47,043 nucleotides of DNA from Toensbergia leucococca (Eukaryota). The first letter of the stretch is position 1. Each line of letters begins with the position of its first letter. The notes beneath the pieces are model-generated. The model ran no database searches. It had not been told where the DNA came from and was given only the letters and a program-made list of their open reading frames with translations. Location: contig JALDZS010000072.1 of assembly GCA_022813965.1 (NCBI GenBank), forward strand, positions 62,001-109,043, given 5' to 3'. Position numbers and translations under genes: made by a program. Shown here one piece after another: positions 21,081 through 35,562 of this stretch.

Positions 21081-22838
21081 ATGACAGAAAATCACAGTAA
21101 CAATTTGCTACGTACTCCATCGTATGTCAGGCGTCCTATGATATCAAAACGTTCTACAGCTCACAGAAATCCAGTAACCAAGAATACCCCACCATCCAAC
21201 GGCAGTCGTCGAAGTACAATCCTCTCCACACATTTGACCTTGCCAAAGGTGATCAAAAACATTATCAGCAACAATATGGCGACATGTATTACTTGCGGTT
21301 GGCACAGCTTAAACCGGCTGTCGAAGAGATCGCCGCAGAAGCATGGGGTGATTTTAAGGTACGCTAAGTCAGTCTTAGACATCTCAGGAATTGCTAATAA
21401 AGAATTCTGTCAGATAGCGGAAGAAAACGCGCGACGAGTGGATCGTGTGCTCGATGTCAGACAGGGAGAGCTCTGTTGGGTTGCGGGGACGGTATATATG
21501 GATATGCCATTGAAACCCAACATTCTCGATGACATTTCAAAGGATGTTAGTCGATCCCTGCCATTGTTCCTTATTCATTGCAAAGAAATTGCATTTATTT
21601 CTATGAAGACTTATATCTCATCCAGCATTGGATATCTGCTCCTCCGCCCCGCGAAAAATACCTCTCTCCTGGCGGACAAGATCAGATTATGCTCGAGGAC
21701 GAATCCGGACGTCTCCGTCTAATCGGAGTACCTTTACAAACCTCGCTACTTGTCACGGGCTGCATTATAGCTGTCTTGGGGACAGAAAATGCCAATGGCG
21801 ATTTTGAGATTGTGGACCTAAAAGTGCCAGACCTGCCTCGCCAGCCGCAGCGGTGGGAGCGAGATGACAGTTCAGCAGCGTTGATCAATGGTAGCGGCAA
21901 GAGCAAGGCTGAAAGAGAGCAAAAGAAAGTGACTGAGGGCAAAATAGCAATTGTGAGTGGCCTTGGCATTAGTGGTGAAGAGGCAGACACTCTCACCCTA
22001 GACCTGTTCATGGAGTACCTATTGGGCGAAGCAGGTAACGAGCCAATGCAGAACGACGTGGGGAAAATATCACGGCTTCTTATAGTGGGTAACTCAATAC
22101 TCGAGACTACCAACCTTGTGCCTCAAGATGAGCTCTCGGACAAGAAGACAAGTAAAAAATACGGGTATGATTCGTCGGCTTATAATCCAGCTCCTACCGT
22201 CCATTTAGACACCTTCCTTGCAAGCTTGCTTCCTTCAATACCAATTACTCTAATACCAGGAGAGACCGATCCCGCAAATGTCTCAATACCTCAGCAACCC
22301 ATTCACCCAGCAATGTTCCCGCATAGTAGGTCATATGCGGCTTTACCAGGGTCTGGGGATACAGGATGGTTTGATAGCGTGACTAATCCGTGGGAGGGCG
22401 ATGTGGACGGGTGGAGAATTATGGCAACTGGGGGGCAACCCATAGATGATATCTTTAAGTACGTAGACGGCGATGACCGCTTGGAGATGATGGAGCAACT
22501 ATTGAGATGGCGATGTGGGGCACCAACAGCGCCAGACACACTTTGTAAGTATCAGCTTACCATACGAGCTTTTGAGGCCTAAAGATGCTAACTGGAAGGT
22601 TAATGTAGGGTGTTATCCATTTCAAGAGAAGGATCAATTTGTCGTTGAGGAATGCCCTCACGTCTACATCGTAGGCAATCAACCAAAATTCGAAACTGCA
22701 ATCATCGAGGGCCCCACGGGACAGACTGTAAGATTAATTGCTGTGCCTAAGTTTAAAGAAACGGGGGAAGTAGTTCTACTTGACACAGATACCCTGGAGG
22801 TTGAAATTACCAAATTTAACGTCTTCGATGAATTTTGA
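21081..22838 (+). CDS. POL31: DNA polymerase delta small (B) subunit
   Basis: Introns 21122-21174, 21359-21413, 21546-21625 and 22545-22608 give YQQQYGDMYYLRL, LKPNILDDI, LEDESGRLRL, PGETDPANVSIPQQP, APTAPDTLWCYPF and PHVYIVGNQ. Confidence 0.95.
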
Positions 22839-23984
22839 GCCTGGTTGCTCAACGATTTATGCAACGCCGACCCTCAGCTACATTCCAACATGGTCGTGCA
22901 AAGGCTAGATTTTCGTACAAGCATGCTTGCAGACGTGTGCCTATATCTGGTACTTGCAAAGCTCTGCAGAGATCTGAGTGATCATGCCGAAGGTGTCACG
23001 GGAATAATGTACACGTTCTAGGCTTGTGATGACCGATCTTGGTTGATAGGTCGCATCGAGGAAGGAAATCTTGCATGAAATTGGTACTTCCAAGAGATGT
23101 GTAAGAACTGTTAAATGGATTGGACGGTGCGTAGGGAGAGACAGGAGGATTGGAAATGGGTGGGGTAAAAGGAAGAGGTTGAACTCCAGATTCAACAGAT
23201 GTCCCAAACGTGATGGGCTGAAAATAGGGGGTTGAAGTTGCCGGACACTAAAAGATACCAGTGGAAGTGCTTGATCTCGTGGAGGTATGATGGTACATAG
23301 TAGATTGACAGAAAGGGTCTTCTTTGTAATAGAGGCATTATTCAAGGCAGGAGACCGCCCGCTGCGATTATATTGTAGTCAGGGTGGAATCGAAAACACA
23401 AAGGTCAATGAACAGTTGAGAGCGAAGTCTGCTACAGAAGCGGTCACTATTCACTTTTCTCAGCCGCTGTGAAAGCCCTCCTTCACCAGAGTACCGGTAG
23501 TTGAGGAAAGTTGCTAGCTTCACCATCACCCCATTGTTCATTGTACGCCATAAGACAGGACTTGATGACATCTGCGAGTTCTTGAGTATTTACCCGCACT
23601 CTTAATAGCATTGTCAATGACTGTGATATCACTCTTTCCCTTGTCGAGTTTTTAATAGTCAAAAGGTTTCGATAGGTGGTCGAAGGGGTGTGGTTAAAGT
23701 AATTAAAGTGGCTCGTTCTTAAACCAGGAGCCAAGATTTTTCCTACGGAGCTGGAAGAACTGAATCCCCCGAACCGGCAGTCGCGACTTCGTCCAGCTTT
23801 AATCAAAAGGAGCTTTCGCCAACACAACCTTACAATTCTTTCGACTTAGCAATTTCCTTACGTCTCAATCTCACTACGTTCATCATCTGTGTTTATCATC
23901 AAGTGACAAGGACTTTCCTACTCTTCCAAGGCTTAGCATCAGCCCATCTTCCGCGCATGAGTGTCTGCAAACATTTCTGCAACC

Positions 23985-26900
23985 ATGGCCAACGCCGCCC
24001 TTCCCATTCGCTTTACTGAGCTTCTCCAGGTGAGACTGAGCGCACGTTAAAGCCACGGCTAGGTATAGACTTGGGACTCGGCTAACTTGACTCCTTCTAC
24101 AGTTGACGCAAACAGAAGTTGCTGTACGTTTTACGCTCCTGTCAAAACAATAATACAATCAATTTTACATAACAGATCAGAGCTAATACCCAGAAAGGCG
24201 GCTTCGATAGGGTTTAATTCTTGTGTAGGTTGAGATGGTCTCGAGGTCATGGCTCTGACAATTTTCTAACCTAATACCAGACCCTGGAGTCTGACCACTT
24301 CATCTGTGTCCGTCAGAAGCTCAGTGAAGACGCCGCACCTGAAGTCATTATTATCAACCTCAAGAACAACAATGAAGTCATTCGGAGGCCTATTAAGGCC
24401 GATAGTGCCATCATGCACTGGAACAAGCAAGTTATTGCCCTCAAGGCCCAACAACGGACGTTGCAAATCTTCGACCTTGGACAAAAGATCAAGATAAAGT
24501 CGACTACAATGAACGAGGATGTCGTGTTCTGGAAGTGGTATAGCCCAGAGAGCTTGGGCTTGATTACTGAGAATTCGGTCTATCACTGGAATGTTTTTGA
24601 TACGAATCAGAACGCTCCCTTGAAAATTTTCGATAGAAATGCTAACCTTGTTGTAAGTCTACGGCATGATGTCTTCTCTGCTGAGCATCCCTGACAATCC
24701 TAACCAGGGCTGCCAAATCATCAACTACCGTGTAAATGAGGACGAAAAATGGATGGTCGTGGTGGGTATATCTCAGCAGCAAGGTCGTGTCGTCGGAGCC
24801 ATGCAGCTTTACTCGCGCGATCGAGGTATCAGTCAAGCTATTGATGGTCACGCTGCAGCTTTCGGCACTGTCCGTCTTGAAGGCGCCCCGGCGGATACAA
24901 GATTGTTCACATTCGCAGTGCGAACAGCAACAAAATCCACACTACACGTAGTGGAAATCGATCATCAGCAAAGCAATCCGGCCTTTCCAAAGAAGGCTGT
25001 GGATGTATACTTCCCGCCGGAAGCGACCAACGACTTCCCCGTGTCAATGCAGGTGTCCCAAAAGTATAGCATCATCTACCTCGTCACGAAGTATGGATTC
25101 ATCCACCTATACGATCTAGAGACCGGAACTTGTATCTTCATGAATCGCATTTCCAGTGAAACTATTTTCACCACTGCAGCCGACTCAGATTCCGCCGGCA
25201 TTGTAGGTGTCAATCGTAAAGGACAGGTGCTTTCAGTCAGCGTGGACGAGCATAATATTATCCCTTATTTGCTCCAGAACCCTGGTAATACTTCTCTTGC
25301 AGTGAAGCTTGCGTCAAGAGCGGGGTTACCTGGAGCGGACAATCTCTACCAACAGCAATTCGAACAGCTTTGTGCGCAGGGTAATTGGCAGGAGGCCGTT
25401 AGATGTGCAGCAAACTCGCCTCGAGGTTTTTTAAGGACACCGCAGACTATCGAGAGATTCAGAAATGCACCGGCACAGCAAGGACAATTGACTGTGATTT
25501 TGCAGTACTTCGGAATTTTGCTCGACAAAGGCTCGCTCAATCGCGTTGAAAGCATTGGACTCGTCAGACCCGTGTTAGAGCAGAACCGGAAGCACCTCTT
25601 GGAAAAATGGCTGAAAGAAGACAAGTTGGAGTGTTCAGAAGAGTTGGGAGACATTGTAAGAATATATGACATGCAGCTTGCTTTGAGCATCTATTTGCGT
25701 GCCAATGTTCCACACAAAGTCGTGGCCGGCTTCGCAGAGACAGGACAGACTGAGAAAATACTTCCATTCGCAAAGCAGAGCGGATATCAACCAGATTACA
25801 TTTCCCTTCTTCAACACATCGTGAGAGTCAATCCCGAGAAAGGCGCCGAGTTTGCCACGGGCCTTGCCACCGATGAAGAGGGTTCTTTAATAGATATTGA
25901 GCGTGTGGTTGATGTCTTTCAGTCGCAGAATCTGATTCAACAGGCCACGTCTTTCCTTTTAGATGCTCTCAAGGATAATAAACCAGAGCAAGGCCACCTA
26001 CAGACACGGTTACTAGAGATGAACTTGGTCAATGCTCCTTCGGTTGCCGACGCTATCTTAGGTAATGAGATGTTTTCATACTACGACAAGGGGAGAATCT
26101 CACAGCTCTGCGAGAATGCACAGCTCTATCAACGCGCACTAGAGAATACAGATGATCCAACCGCCGTCAAGCGAAATATTGTGAGAACCGACAAACTCAG
26201 TCCGGAGTGGTTGATCAGCTACTTCGGTAGGCTGTCCCTAGAGCAATCGTTGGATTGCATGAATGAAATGCTCAAAGCCAATATCCGCCAAAATCTGCAG
26301 GCCGTTGTGCAGATTGCAACCAAGTATTCCGACTTACTGGGAGCTAATCGAATAATCGATCTATTCGAGAGGTATCGTACCGCTGAGGGTTTGTACTATT
26401 ATCTGGGTAGTATCGTCAATCTGAGCGAGGATCCAGAGGTACATTTCAAGTACATCGAAGCGGCTACCAAGATGCAGCAAACCACAGAGGTCGAGCGAAT
26501 ATGCCGAGACAGCAACTACTACAATCCCGAGAAGGTCAAGAATTTCCTCAAAGAAGCGAAACTCACGGAACAATTACCACTGATCATTGTTTGCGATCGA
26601 TTTAATTTTATTCATGACCTAGTTCTTTACCTGTACCAGAATCAGCAATTCAAGTCAATCGAGGTTTACGTCCAGCGAGTAAACCCAGCGAGGACACCAG
26701 CCGTCATCGGTGGTCTTCTTGATGTTGATTGCGAAGAGTCTATCATTAAGAATCTTTTACAGTCTGTTGATCCCGCCTCAGTGCCAATTGATGATCTAGT
26801 CTCCGAGGTTGAGTCGCGAAATCGCCTGAAGCTACTTCTCCCTTTCCTCGAGGCCACCCTCTTGAGCGGAAACCAGCAGCAAGCTGTTTACAATGCGTTA

Positions 26901-29340
26901 GCAAAGATCTATATTGATAGTAACAACAATCCTGAAAAGTTTTTGAAAGAAAATGATCAGTACGACACTCTGACCGTCGGAAAGTACTGCGAGAAACGTG
27001 ATCCGAATCTAGCCTACATTGCGTACCGAAAAGGCCAAAATGATCTTGAGCTCATCAACATCACAAATGAAAACTCCATGTACAAGGCGCAATCTCGATA
27101 TCTGTTGGAGCGTGCTGATCTTGAAATTTGGTCTTTCGTGCTTAATGGCAACAACATTCACCGACGCTCACTAGTCGACCAGGTCATATCGACCGCGGTT
27201 CCAGAATCGACTGAACCCGAAAAAGTCTCAGTAGCCGTCAAAGCTTTCCTGGACGCCGATCTACCAGCTGAACTCATCGAGCTCTTAGAAAAGATAATTC
27301 TTGAGCCATCACCTTTCAGTGACAATGGGAGTTTACAGAATCTCCTTATGCTTACAGCAGCAAAGGCTGACAAAGGCCGGTTGATGGACTACATTCATCA
27401 GCTGTCTGCTTACAATGCCGAAGAAATCGCAAATATGTGCATATCGGTAGGCCTATTCGAAGAGGCCTTTGAGATATACAAGAAGGAAGATAACCACACG
27501 GCAGCGACAAATGTTCTCGTTGAGCACATTGTGAGCATCGACCGTGCACAAGAGTACGCTGAACGGGTCGAGATCCCTGAAGTATGGAGCAAGGTTGGTA
27601 AAGCTCAGCTTGATGGGTTACGCGTGAGCGACGCCATCGAGTCCTACATCCGCGCGCAAGATCCTAGCAATTATAATGAAGTTATCGACATTGCTACTCA
27701 TGCCGGCAAAGACGAAGATCTCATCAAGTACCTACGAATGGCAAGAAAAACTCAACGAGAGCCAGCCATTGACACTTCACTTGCATTTTGCTTTGCTCGG
27801 ACTAATCAGCTTAGCGAGCTTGAGGATTTTCTCCACTCGACAAACGTTGCAGACATCGAAACTTCGGGTGACAAGGCGTACGAGGAAGGCTATCACCAAG
27901 CGGCCAAGATATTCTTCACTAGTATATCGAATTGGGCCAAGCTTGCAACAACCCTTGTGCATCTGGAAGAATATCAAGCCGCCGTCGAATGCGCACGCAA
28001 AGCCAACAGTGTCAAGGTATGGAAGCAGGTGAACGAGGCGTGCGTTGCCAAGAAGGAATTCCGGCTGGCCCAAATCTGCGGTCTCAATCTCATTGTGCAC
28101 GCAGAAGAGCTACAGGATCTTGTCCGACAATATGAACGAAATGGCTACTTCGACGAACTGATCACTCTTCTTGAAGCTGGCCTGGGGCTCGAGCGTGCTC
28201 ATATGGGCATGTTCACCGAGCTTGGTATCGCCTTGTCCAAATACCACCCGGAACGAGTCATGGAGCATTTGAAGCTTTTCTGGTCCCGAATCAACATCCC
28301 AAAGATGATCCGTGCCTGCGAGGAAGCACACTTATGGCCCGAACTCATCTTTCTATACTGCCACTACGACGAGTTTGACAATGCTGCCCTTGCAATGATG
28401 GAACGTGCAGCAGACTCGTGGGAACACCAGTCTTTCAAGGAAATTGTTGTCAAAGTTGCCAACCTTGAAATCTATTACCGAGCTCTGAATCATTATCTTC
28501 AGGAACAACCGTCACTGCTTACCGACCTCCTCCAAGCTTTAACACCGCGTATCGACGTCAACCGCGTTGTTCGGATGTTCGAGAAATCAGACAACATTCC
28601 CCTAATCAAGCCTTTCCTACTCAATGTTCAAACACAGAATAAGAAAGCTGTTAATAATGCAATCAACGATCTCCTGATTGAAGAGGAGGACTACAAGACG
28701 CTCCGGGATTCGGTTGAGAACTACGATAATTACGACCCGGTCGAACTGGCGCAGAGACTAGAGCGTCATGAGCTTGTATTCTTCCGGCAGATTGCTGCAA
28801 ACATATATCGGAAGAACAAGCGATGGGAGAAGTCAATCGCATTGTCCAAGCAAGATAAGCTATTCAAGGATGCTATCGAAACGGCCGCCCTGTCGAGCAA
28901 GAGCGATGTGGTTGAGGAATTGCTTCGCTACGTATGGTTCCTGGTACTGACAAGGTCTGGAGAATATGCTAACATGACTATAGTTCGTTGACATCGGTAG
29001 CCGGGAATGCTATGTTGGCATGCTCTATGCATGTTATGATCTCATTCGCCTCGACGTCGTAATGGAAATTTCTTGGCGCAACGGTCTCACTGACTTCACC
29101 ATGCCATTCATGATCAATTTCATGAGCCAGCAGTCATCGACGATTGAGAGTCTGAAGAGAGACAACGAGGAGCGCAAGGCCCGGGAGGCAAGAGAACAGA
29201 AAGAGGAAGACAGCACCCCAATCCTGGGTGGGTCTCGACTCATGCTCACTCAAGGTCCGGCAGGAGGAAGTCCCAATCCAATGCCATATCTCCAAGCGAA
29301 TGGCATTACGCCACAGCCAACTGGTTATCGAGCCTTTTAG
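23985..29340 (+). CDS. CHC1: Clathrin heavy chain
   Basis: Exons 23985-24029, 24103-24123, 24198-24224, 24281-24652, 24708-28931, 28984-29340. LPIRFTELLQL, TLESDHFICVR, RRPIKADSAIMH, NDFPVSMQ, LERAHMGMFTEL. Confidence 0.98.
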
Positions 29341-30209
29341 ATGTGACGGTGGGGGGATGGGGAAGATCAAAGCGCCAACATTCCAGGCGTAGAGAGATGG
29401 TCATACGCAGGAGTGGGGGGCAGCATGTCGATGTCAATTTTACGCCCAAATGTAGCATAGGTACCTACATGGCCTGGAGTATGCGTTTGCGATGGTCTGG
29501 CGAGTTTCACGGAGAGGAGGTTTACGGCACTGCACTGTGCCAAAATTGGACGACTTTTAGCTTCGACACTTGTGTTTGCTATGCTAGACGAAAGGTAATT
29601 GACATGCTAAATTCCATCATTCCTAGTCGGCATGATGTCTCTGTCACCAGTGTACTGGATCTCAACCAAAAAAGTGACTTGTAAGTCCTTATTCCCAAGG
29701 GTGGAGATAGCAAATCCTGCCAAAAGGCCCAGTAGCCGGGATATTTGTGGAAGCGCACCACCTGTTGTATTCCAATGTTACATCTTTGGCCATGTGTCCT
29801 GTAGTTGGTTGTGGAGGCTTTGAAGGACACATGTCAGCCAACATGACCTCCTCCTCCTGCATCCGGTAGCAACAAATAGTCATTTACCTATCTACTCGGT
29901 CTCGAGCCGTTGAGGACGTTTTCCCGCTTACTCTAAAAACCCTTAAAACCCTCCGTACACAATCGCATTTTACCCAAGCCAAGGATCCAAGCTACGTGAA
30001 AGCTAAAAGAAAGTGCCCCACCAATTACTGCCATCCTGCCACCCTCGCACCCCACCAACCCCGTTGAAACACCCAGATACAGACTCCGAACTCACTGTCT
30101 CGGATTGACTACCACATCATAGAGCTTTGACATCTTTCCTACAGTCAATTGCATTTCCTGTCGCAGCTTTCATCCGCGCTTCCGCACCCCAGGAGCTCGG
30201 TGCTTCATC

Positions 30210-33200
30210 ATGGCAAGCAATGGGGTTGACCAATTCGCCGAGGTGTCCGAGGAAGGCCAGTCAAGATCCAATCACTCGATGAATCAGAGACGACTCAGGG
30301 CGAGTTCGTCGATCATGGACATGAGGAAGATACTAGGTGCGAGCTCCCCAAATACCGAGAGAGGAGCTCTTTCCGGGACCAACTGCTGACGTTCAACAAT
30401 CTGCGCCTTCAGTGGCTAACAGAGGAGAAATCCGTAAGCCAGCCCCCTCTGATCTCCATAGTGGATAAGTGTGAAAGCTAAAATCTTAATTGCTAGCTAT
30501 TCGAGTGAGCATTGGCCATACCCAGTGTGTAGAGAGTGAATGTCAGCTTACTCAGAGACACCCATGTAGATCTTCCGCACGGTAGGCTTCCCCAACCTTT
30601 GGTCTTTACTCAATTGGAAGGATGGATGAGAAAAATTATTTAGCTGGGCGAGCTGTTGGAACGTCAATGCTAATTATTGAATCATCTAGGCTCACGAGCT
30701 ATCGCTGCAGACGGTAGCAGTGTTTAGGTAGACTCCTGAAATCATCAACACAGGCATTGGTGGAGCTGACAAGATTAGCTATGAGGACCGCCTCAGTATG
30801 CACCGGCAAAGTCAGTGTAACATACCTTCCAGCTCGTCGACGTGAGATCAGGCTGACTGATCGAGATTGGTAAATAGAGGCCGATGAAGCATATGTTATT
30901 GGTAAACGCGGCCAATATACCCCTGTGGCCGCGTATCTGGCAGGCGACGAGATCATTAGTATTGCCAAACAGCATGGTGTTAATATGATACATCCGGGCT
31001 ACGGGTTCCTTTCAGAAAATGCTGAATTCGCAAGGAAAGTTGTAAAGGCAGGAATTATATTTGTTGGACCGACCGCCGAGACCATCGACGCACTAGGTGA
31101 TAAGGTCTCTGCTCGCACCATTGCCATGAAGACAAATGTGCCGGTCGTACCCGGTACCCCGGGCCCTGTCGAGAAGTTTGAGGACGTGAAGCAATTTACC
31201 GACGAGTACGGCTTTCCAATTATTATCAAAGCAGCATTCGGTGGTGGTGGACGTGGTATGAGAGTGGTTCGAGAACAGGGATCACTCCAAGATTCTTTCG
31301 AACGAGCAACCTCAGAAGCGAAGTCATCTTTCGGCAACGGCACCGTTTTCGTGGAACGATTTTTGGACAAACCAAAGCACATTGAGGTTCAGCTTCTGGG
31401 AGATAGCGAAGGGAATGTGGTGCATCTCTACGAACGAGACTGTAGTGTTCAGCGTCGGCATCAAAAAGTGGTCGAGTTGGCTCCGGCCAAAGATCTGCCT
31501 GTAGAGGTCAGAGATAATATTCTGAAAGATGCTGTCAAGCTGGCTAAGTCGGTCAATTATCGGAATGCTGGTACTGCCGAGTTTCTAGTGGATCAGCAGA
31601 ACCGATACTACTTCATTGAGATCAATCCTCGTATTCAAGTGGAACACACCATTACCGAAGAGATCACGGGGATTGATATCGTTGCCGCTCAGATCCAAAT
31701 CGCTGCAGGAGCAACGCTGAAGCAGTTGGGGTTGACTCAAGATCGTATATCGATACGCGGGTTTGCTATCCAGTGCAGAATAACCACCGAGGATCCTTCA
31801 CAGGGATTCTCTCCAGACACTGGCAAGATTGAGGTCTATCGTTCTTCTGGTGGCAACGGTGTACGTTTGGACGGCGGAAACGGGTTTGCCGGTGCCATCA
31901 TATCCCCCCATTACGATTCCATGTTGGTCAAATGCACATGCCATGCCTCAACTTACGAGATCGTGCGGAGAAAAATGCTCCGTGCATTAGTCGAATTTCG
32001 GATTCGTGGCGTGAAGACCAATATAGCGTTCTTAATTTCTGTGCTCACCCATCCCACCTTCATTGAAGGTTCTTGCTGGACTACGTTCATCGACGATACG
32101 CCAGCGCTGTTTTCTATGATAGGAAGCCAGAACCGTGCGCAGAAGATGCTGGCATATCTGGCCGACGTCGCCGTAAACGGCAGCGCTATCAAGGGGCAGA
32201 TTGGTGAGCCCAAGTTCAAGGGCGAGATTATCATGCCTCAGCTCTTGCACGAGGACGGTAAGCCTCTCGACGTTAGTACCCCCTGTAAAAAGGGATGGAA
32301 GAACATTATCGATGAGGAAGGTCCTGCAGCGTTTGCAAAGGCGGTGCGTGCCAATAAGGGTTGCCTTCTCATGGATACTACTTGGCGCGATGCTCATCAG
32401 TCGTTGCTTGCTACGCGAGTACGTACCGTTGACTTGTTGAACATTGCAAAAGAGACGAGCTATGCGTATAGCAATGCCTATAGTTTGGAATGTTGGGGAG
32501 GTGCTACCTTTGACGTGGCAATGCGCTTCCTATACGAAGACCCTTGGGACAGGCTACGGAAGATGAGGAAGGCTATTCCAAATATTCCATTCCAGATGTT
32601 GCTTCGTGGTGCCAATGGGGTGGCCTATTCATCGTAAGTGACGCTAAGTTTTCCATGATTCATACTAACAATCCATAGCCTACCAGACAATGCAATCTAC
32701 CATTTCTGTGAGCAGGCAAAGAAGAATGGCGTCGATGTTTTTCGAATTTTCGACGCGCTCAACGATATTGACCAACTTGAAGTCGGTATCAAGGCAGTCC
32801 AGAAAGCTGGAGGAGTGGTTGAGGCAACTGTTTGCTACAGTGGTGATATGCTGAATCCCCATAAAAAGTACAATCTGGAATATTACTTAGCCTTAGTGGA
32901 GAAGATTGTGAAACTCGGAACTCACGTTCTAGGTATCAAGGACATGGCTGGCGTTCTAAAGCCAAAAGCTGCAACGTTGCTTATCGGATCCATTCGAAAG
33001 AAGTATCCAGACCTCCCGATTCACGTCCATACGCACGATTCGGCGGGTACAGGTGTAACAACGTACGTGGCATGTGCGCAGGCAGGCGCTGATGCTGTAG
33101 ACACTGCCACTGATAGCATGTCTGGTATGACGTCTCAGCCAAGCGTTGGTGCTGTACTGGCTTCTCTTGAGGGTACAGATGACGACCCACACTTGAATGG

Positions 33201-34316
33201 GCACAACGTACGAGCAATAGATACGTACTGGGCCCAATTGCGGCTACTTTACTCACCGTTCGAGGCCGGTCTCACCGGCCCTGATCCAGAGGTCTACGAA
33301 CATGAAATACCCGGAGGACAATTGACTAACCTGATATTTCAAGCATCGCAACTTGGTCTTGGTGCGCAATGGGCAGAGACCAAGAAAGCCTACGAACAGG
33401 CAAACGATCTTCTTGGCGACATTGTGAAAGTTACGCCCACTTCAAAGGTGGTCGGTGATTTGGCTCAGTTCATGGTTTCAAACAAGCTCAACTACGACGA
33501 TGTCATCAACAAGGCTGGCGAACTGGATTTCCCGGGATCAGTCCTCGAATTCTTCGAGGGTATGATGGGACAGCCATACGGAGGCTTCCCGGAGCCACTG
33601 CGAACCAAAGCGCTCCGAGGACGGCGCAAGCTCGACAAACGACCTGGGCTGACACTTGAGCCCATGGACTTTGTGGAGATGAAAAAGACCTTGATAGAAA
33701 AGCTTGGGCATGCAACCGAGTGCGATCTTGCCAGCTATGCCATGTACCCCAAGGTTTTTGAGGATTATCGCAAATTTGTTAACAAGTACGGCGATTTGTC
33801 GGTTTTGCCAACCAAGTACTTCCTTGCAAAGCCGGAACTCAATGAGGAATTTCATGTCGAACTGGAGCAAGGCAAGGTTCTCATCCTCAAGCTTCTGGCT
33901 ATTGGACATCTGTCAGAGCAGACGGGACAGCGCGAGGTTTTTTATGAAATGAACGGGGAAGTACGACAACTTACCGTCGACGACAAAAACGCGGCGGTGG
34001 ATAATGTCCGCAGGCCAAAGGCAGACGGGAGTGATAGCAGCCAAGTAGGAGCGCCCATGTCGGGAGTGGTTGTGGAAGTCAGGGTTCACGAGGGTAGTGA
34101 TGTCAAGAAGGGAGATCCTGTGGCGGTGCTAAGTGCGATGAAGATGGTCAGTTTGCTATGGTTGGAATTGGGTTGGCGACAAATACTGATTGGGATTTAT
34201 AGGAAATGGTCATCAGCGCACCGCATTCGGGGAAGATTGGGTCATTGCAGGTCAAAGAAGGAGATTCGGTGGACGGGCAGGACTTGGTTTGTAAGATCGT
34301 CAAGGAGCATGACTGA
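30210..34316 (+). CDS. PYC1: Pyruvate carboxylase
   Basis: Exons 30210-30336, 30413-30433, 30497-30504, 30570-30581, 30690-30727, 30779-30810, 30878-32633, 32679-34146, 34203-34316 give KILVANRGEIPIRIFRTAHEL, RDCSVQRRHQK, RDAHQSLLATR, HVHTHD and the biotin motif SAMKME. Confidence 0.98.
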
Positions 34317-34448
34317 TATGTGTCTAAAAGGAGGAACTGTGATGAATTACTACGTAGCGAGTGGAACTTTGCAGCGAATTATAGAAATACGTTTGACTAC
34401 AACAGTCCATGCAGTATCTCGTACTACGAAAGACATGATAAGTAGATG

Positions 34449-34496
34449 GCTTTTGCTTTTGCTTTTGCTTTTGCTTTTGCTTTTGTTGTTGCTTTT
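34449..34496. repeat. Hexanucleotide microsatellite (GCTTTT)n downstream of PYC
   Basis: Six perfect copies, then GTTGTT and one more copy. Confidence 0.95.
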
Positions 34497-35050
34497 GCTG
34501 AGAATACTTGCACTCGAGGGACTGTATCATAATCACTTCGGGTTCGCGAGGAGTTGCTCATGGATCTTAGGCTGAATGTCATATCAAGTGGTATGAGTCT
34601 TTGATTGGACAATGCAGACATGGAAGTTGTACTTGCATGAGTACCTTAGCGCACCGCCGTTTGATGTGACGGTAGGACACTATTCTAGCACTTAGCCGTA
34701 TTACGATCGGAATGGCAACCGTAGAAGATCTATGAAGTAGGAAGGGAGGGGCACGAATCGGGATTTATTTTGTTGGCGGCAGACCTACGTCGGCCCAATT
34801 GAATAACATATCTTGGATGCATGCTCCATGCTTTTTACACTCTGATATGCTGATGGCTTGAATGATGATCTCATTCAGACCTGTAGTGCATTTTGTCTGA
34901 TAGCTTTGTCCAAATATTTAAATATTTAAACTACCTTTCTTTCCCGCAACCCCCCACTTCGCTCTCAACCTACCCCACCATACCTGCTGAGCAATCCTGT
35001 TCACGAACATCCAGTTCATACAATAAACAAGAGCTTACATTACAATCAAT

Positions 35051-35562
35051 ATGTCTTCCAATGCCGGCAGCAAGGGAATCATCGCCCAAGCTACCAACAG
35101 CAGCACCTCGGACCGTAGACGCGTGCGTTATCTCCTCCTCCCCACCTCCCCCACTTCCCTTCAACTTCCTCCCCACAGCATTCATGCGACTCAAACAATC
35201 TATTCTTCATCCACCTGATCAGCTGAGAACCCTCACTAAACAACTTTTTCCGCAGTCATCCGCCGGTTCCTCCGCCGGCAAATTCGCAGGCCTCATGAGC
35301 CAGAAACGCAATTCGAGCGACATCAACGCTTCGGCGCGCAAGGCAAGCTTTGCCGAGCAGCAAGCCCCGTCGGGATTTTTGGGCAATATGTGGAATAGGT
35401 ATGTTCTTCGTCTCCTCTGCTCTCCACCCTCCCTTGCCTTCAAATCTAATTATTGTCTTCTTTTTGGTGCTTCTTGGGATAAGGAAAGGCTGATGAATGT
35501 TGCTATGTAGCTGGACGAAGGGAAGCGGTGCTGGAGCTAGTGGACCCAATGCTGGGAAGTGA
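35051..35562 (+). CDS. Small conserved fungal protein (resembles proteins labelled conidiation-specific Con-8-like)
   Basis: Exons 35051-35122, 35256-35398, 35511-35562: MSSNAGSKGIIAQATNSSTSDRRRSSAGSSAGKFAGLMSQKRNSSDINASARKASFAEQQAPSGFLGNMWNSWTKG...*. Splice sites are canonical; the family label is from memory. Confidence 0.7.

Noticed and set aside
22941..23900. Short ORFs between POL31 and CHC1
   Set aside because: No recognisable motifs and no consistent spliced model; treated as intergenic.
34147..34575. Poly-Leu, transmembrane-looking C-terminal extension on the PYC ORF
   Set aside because: Artefact of reading through intron 34147-34202 and the (GCTTTT)n microsatellite. The spliced gene ends at 34316 with a normal biotinyl domain.
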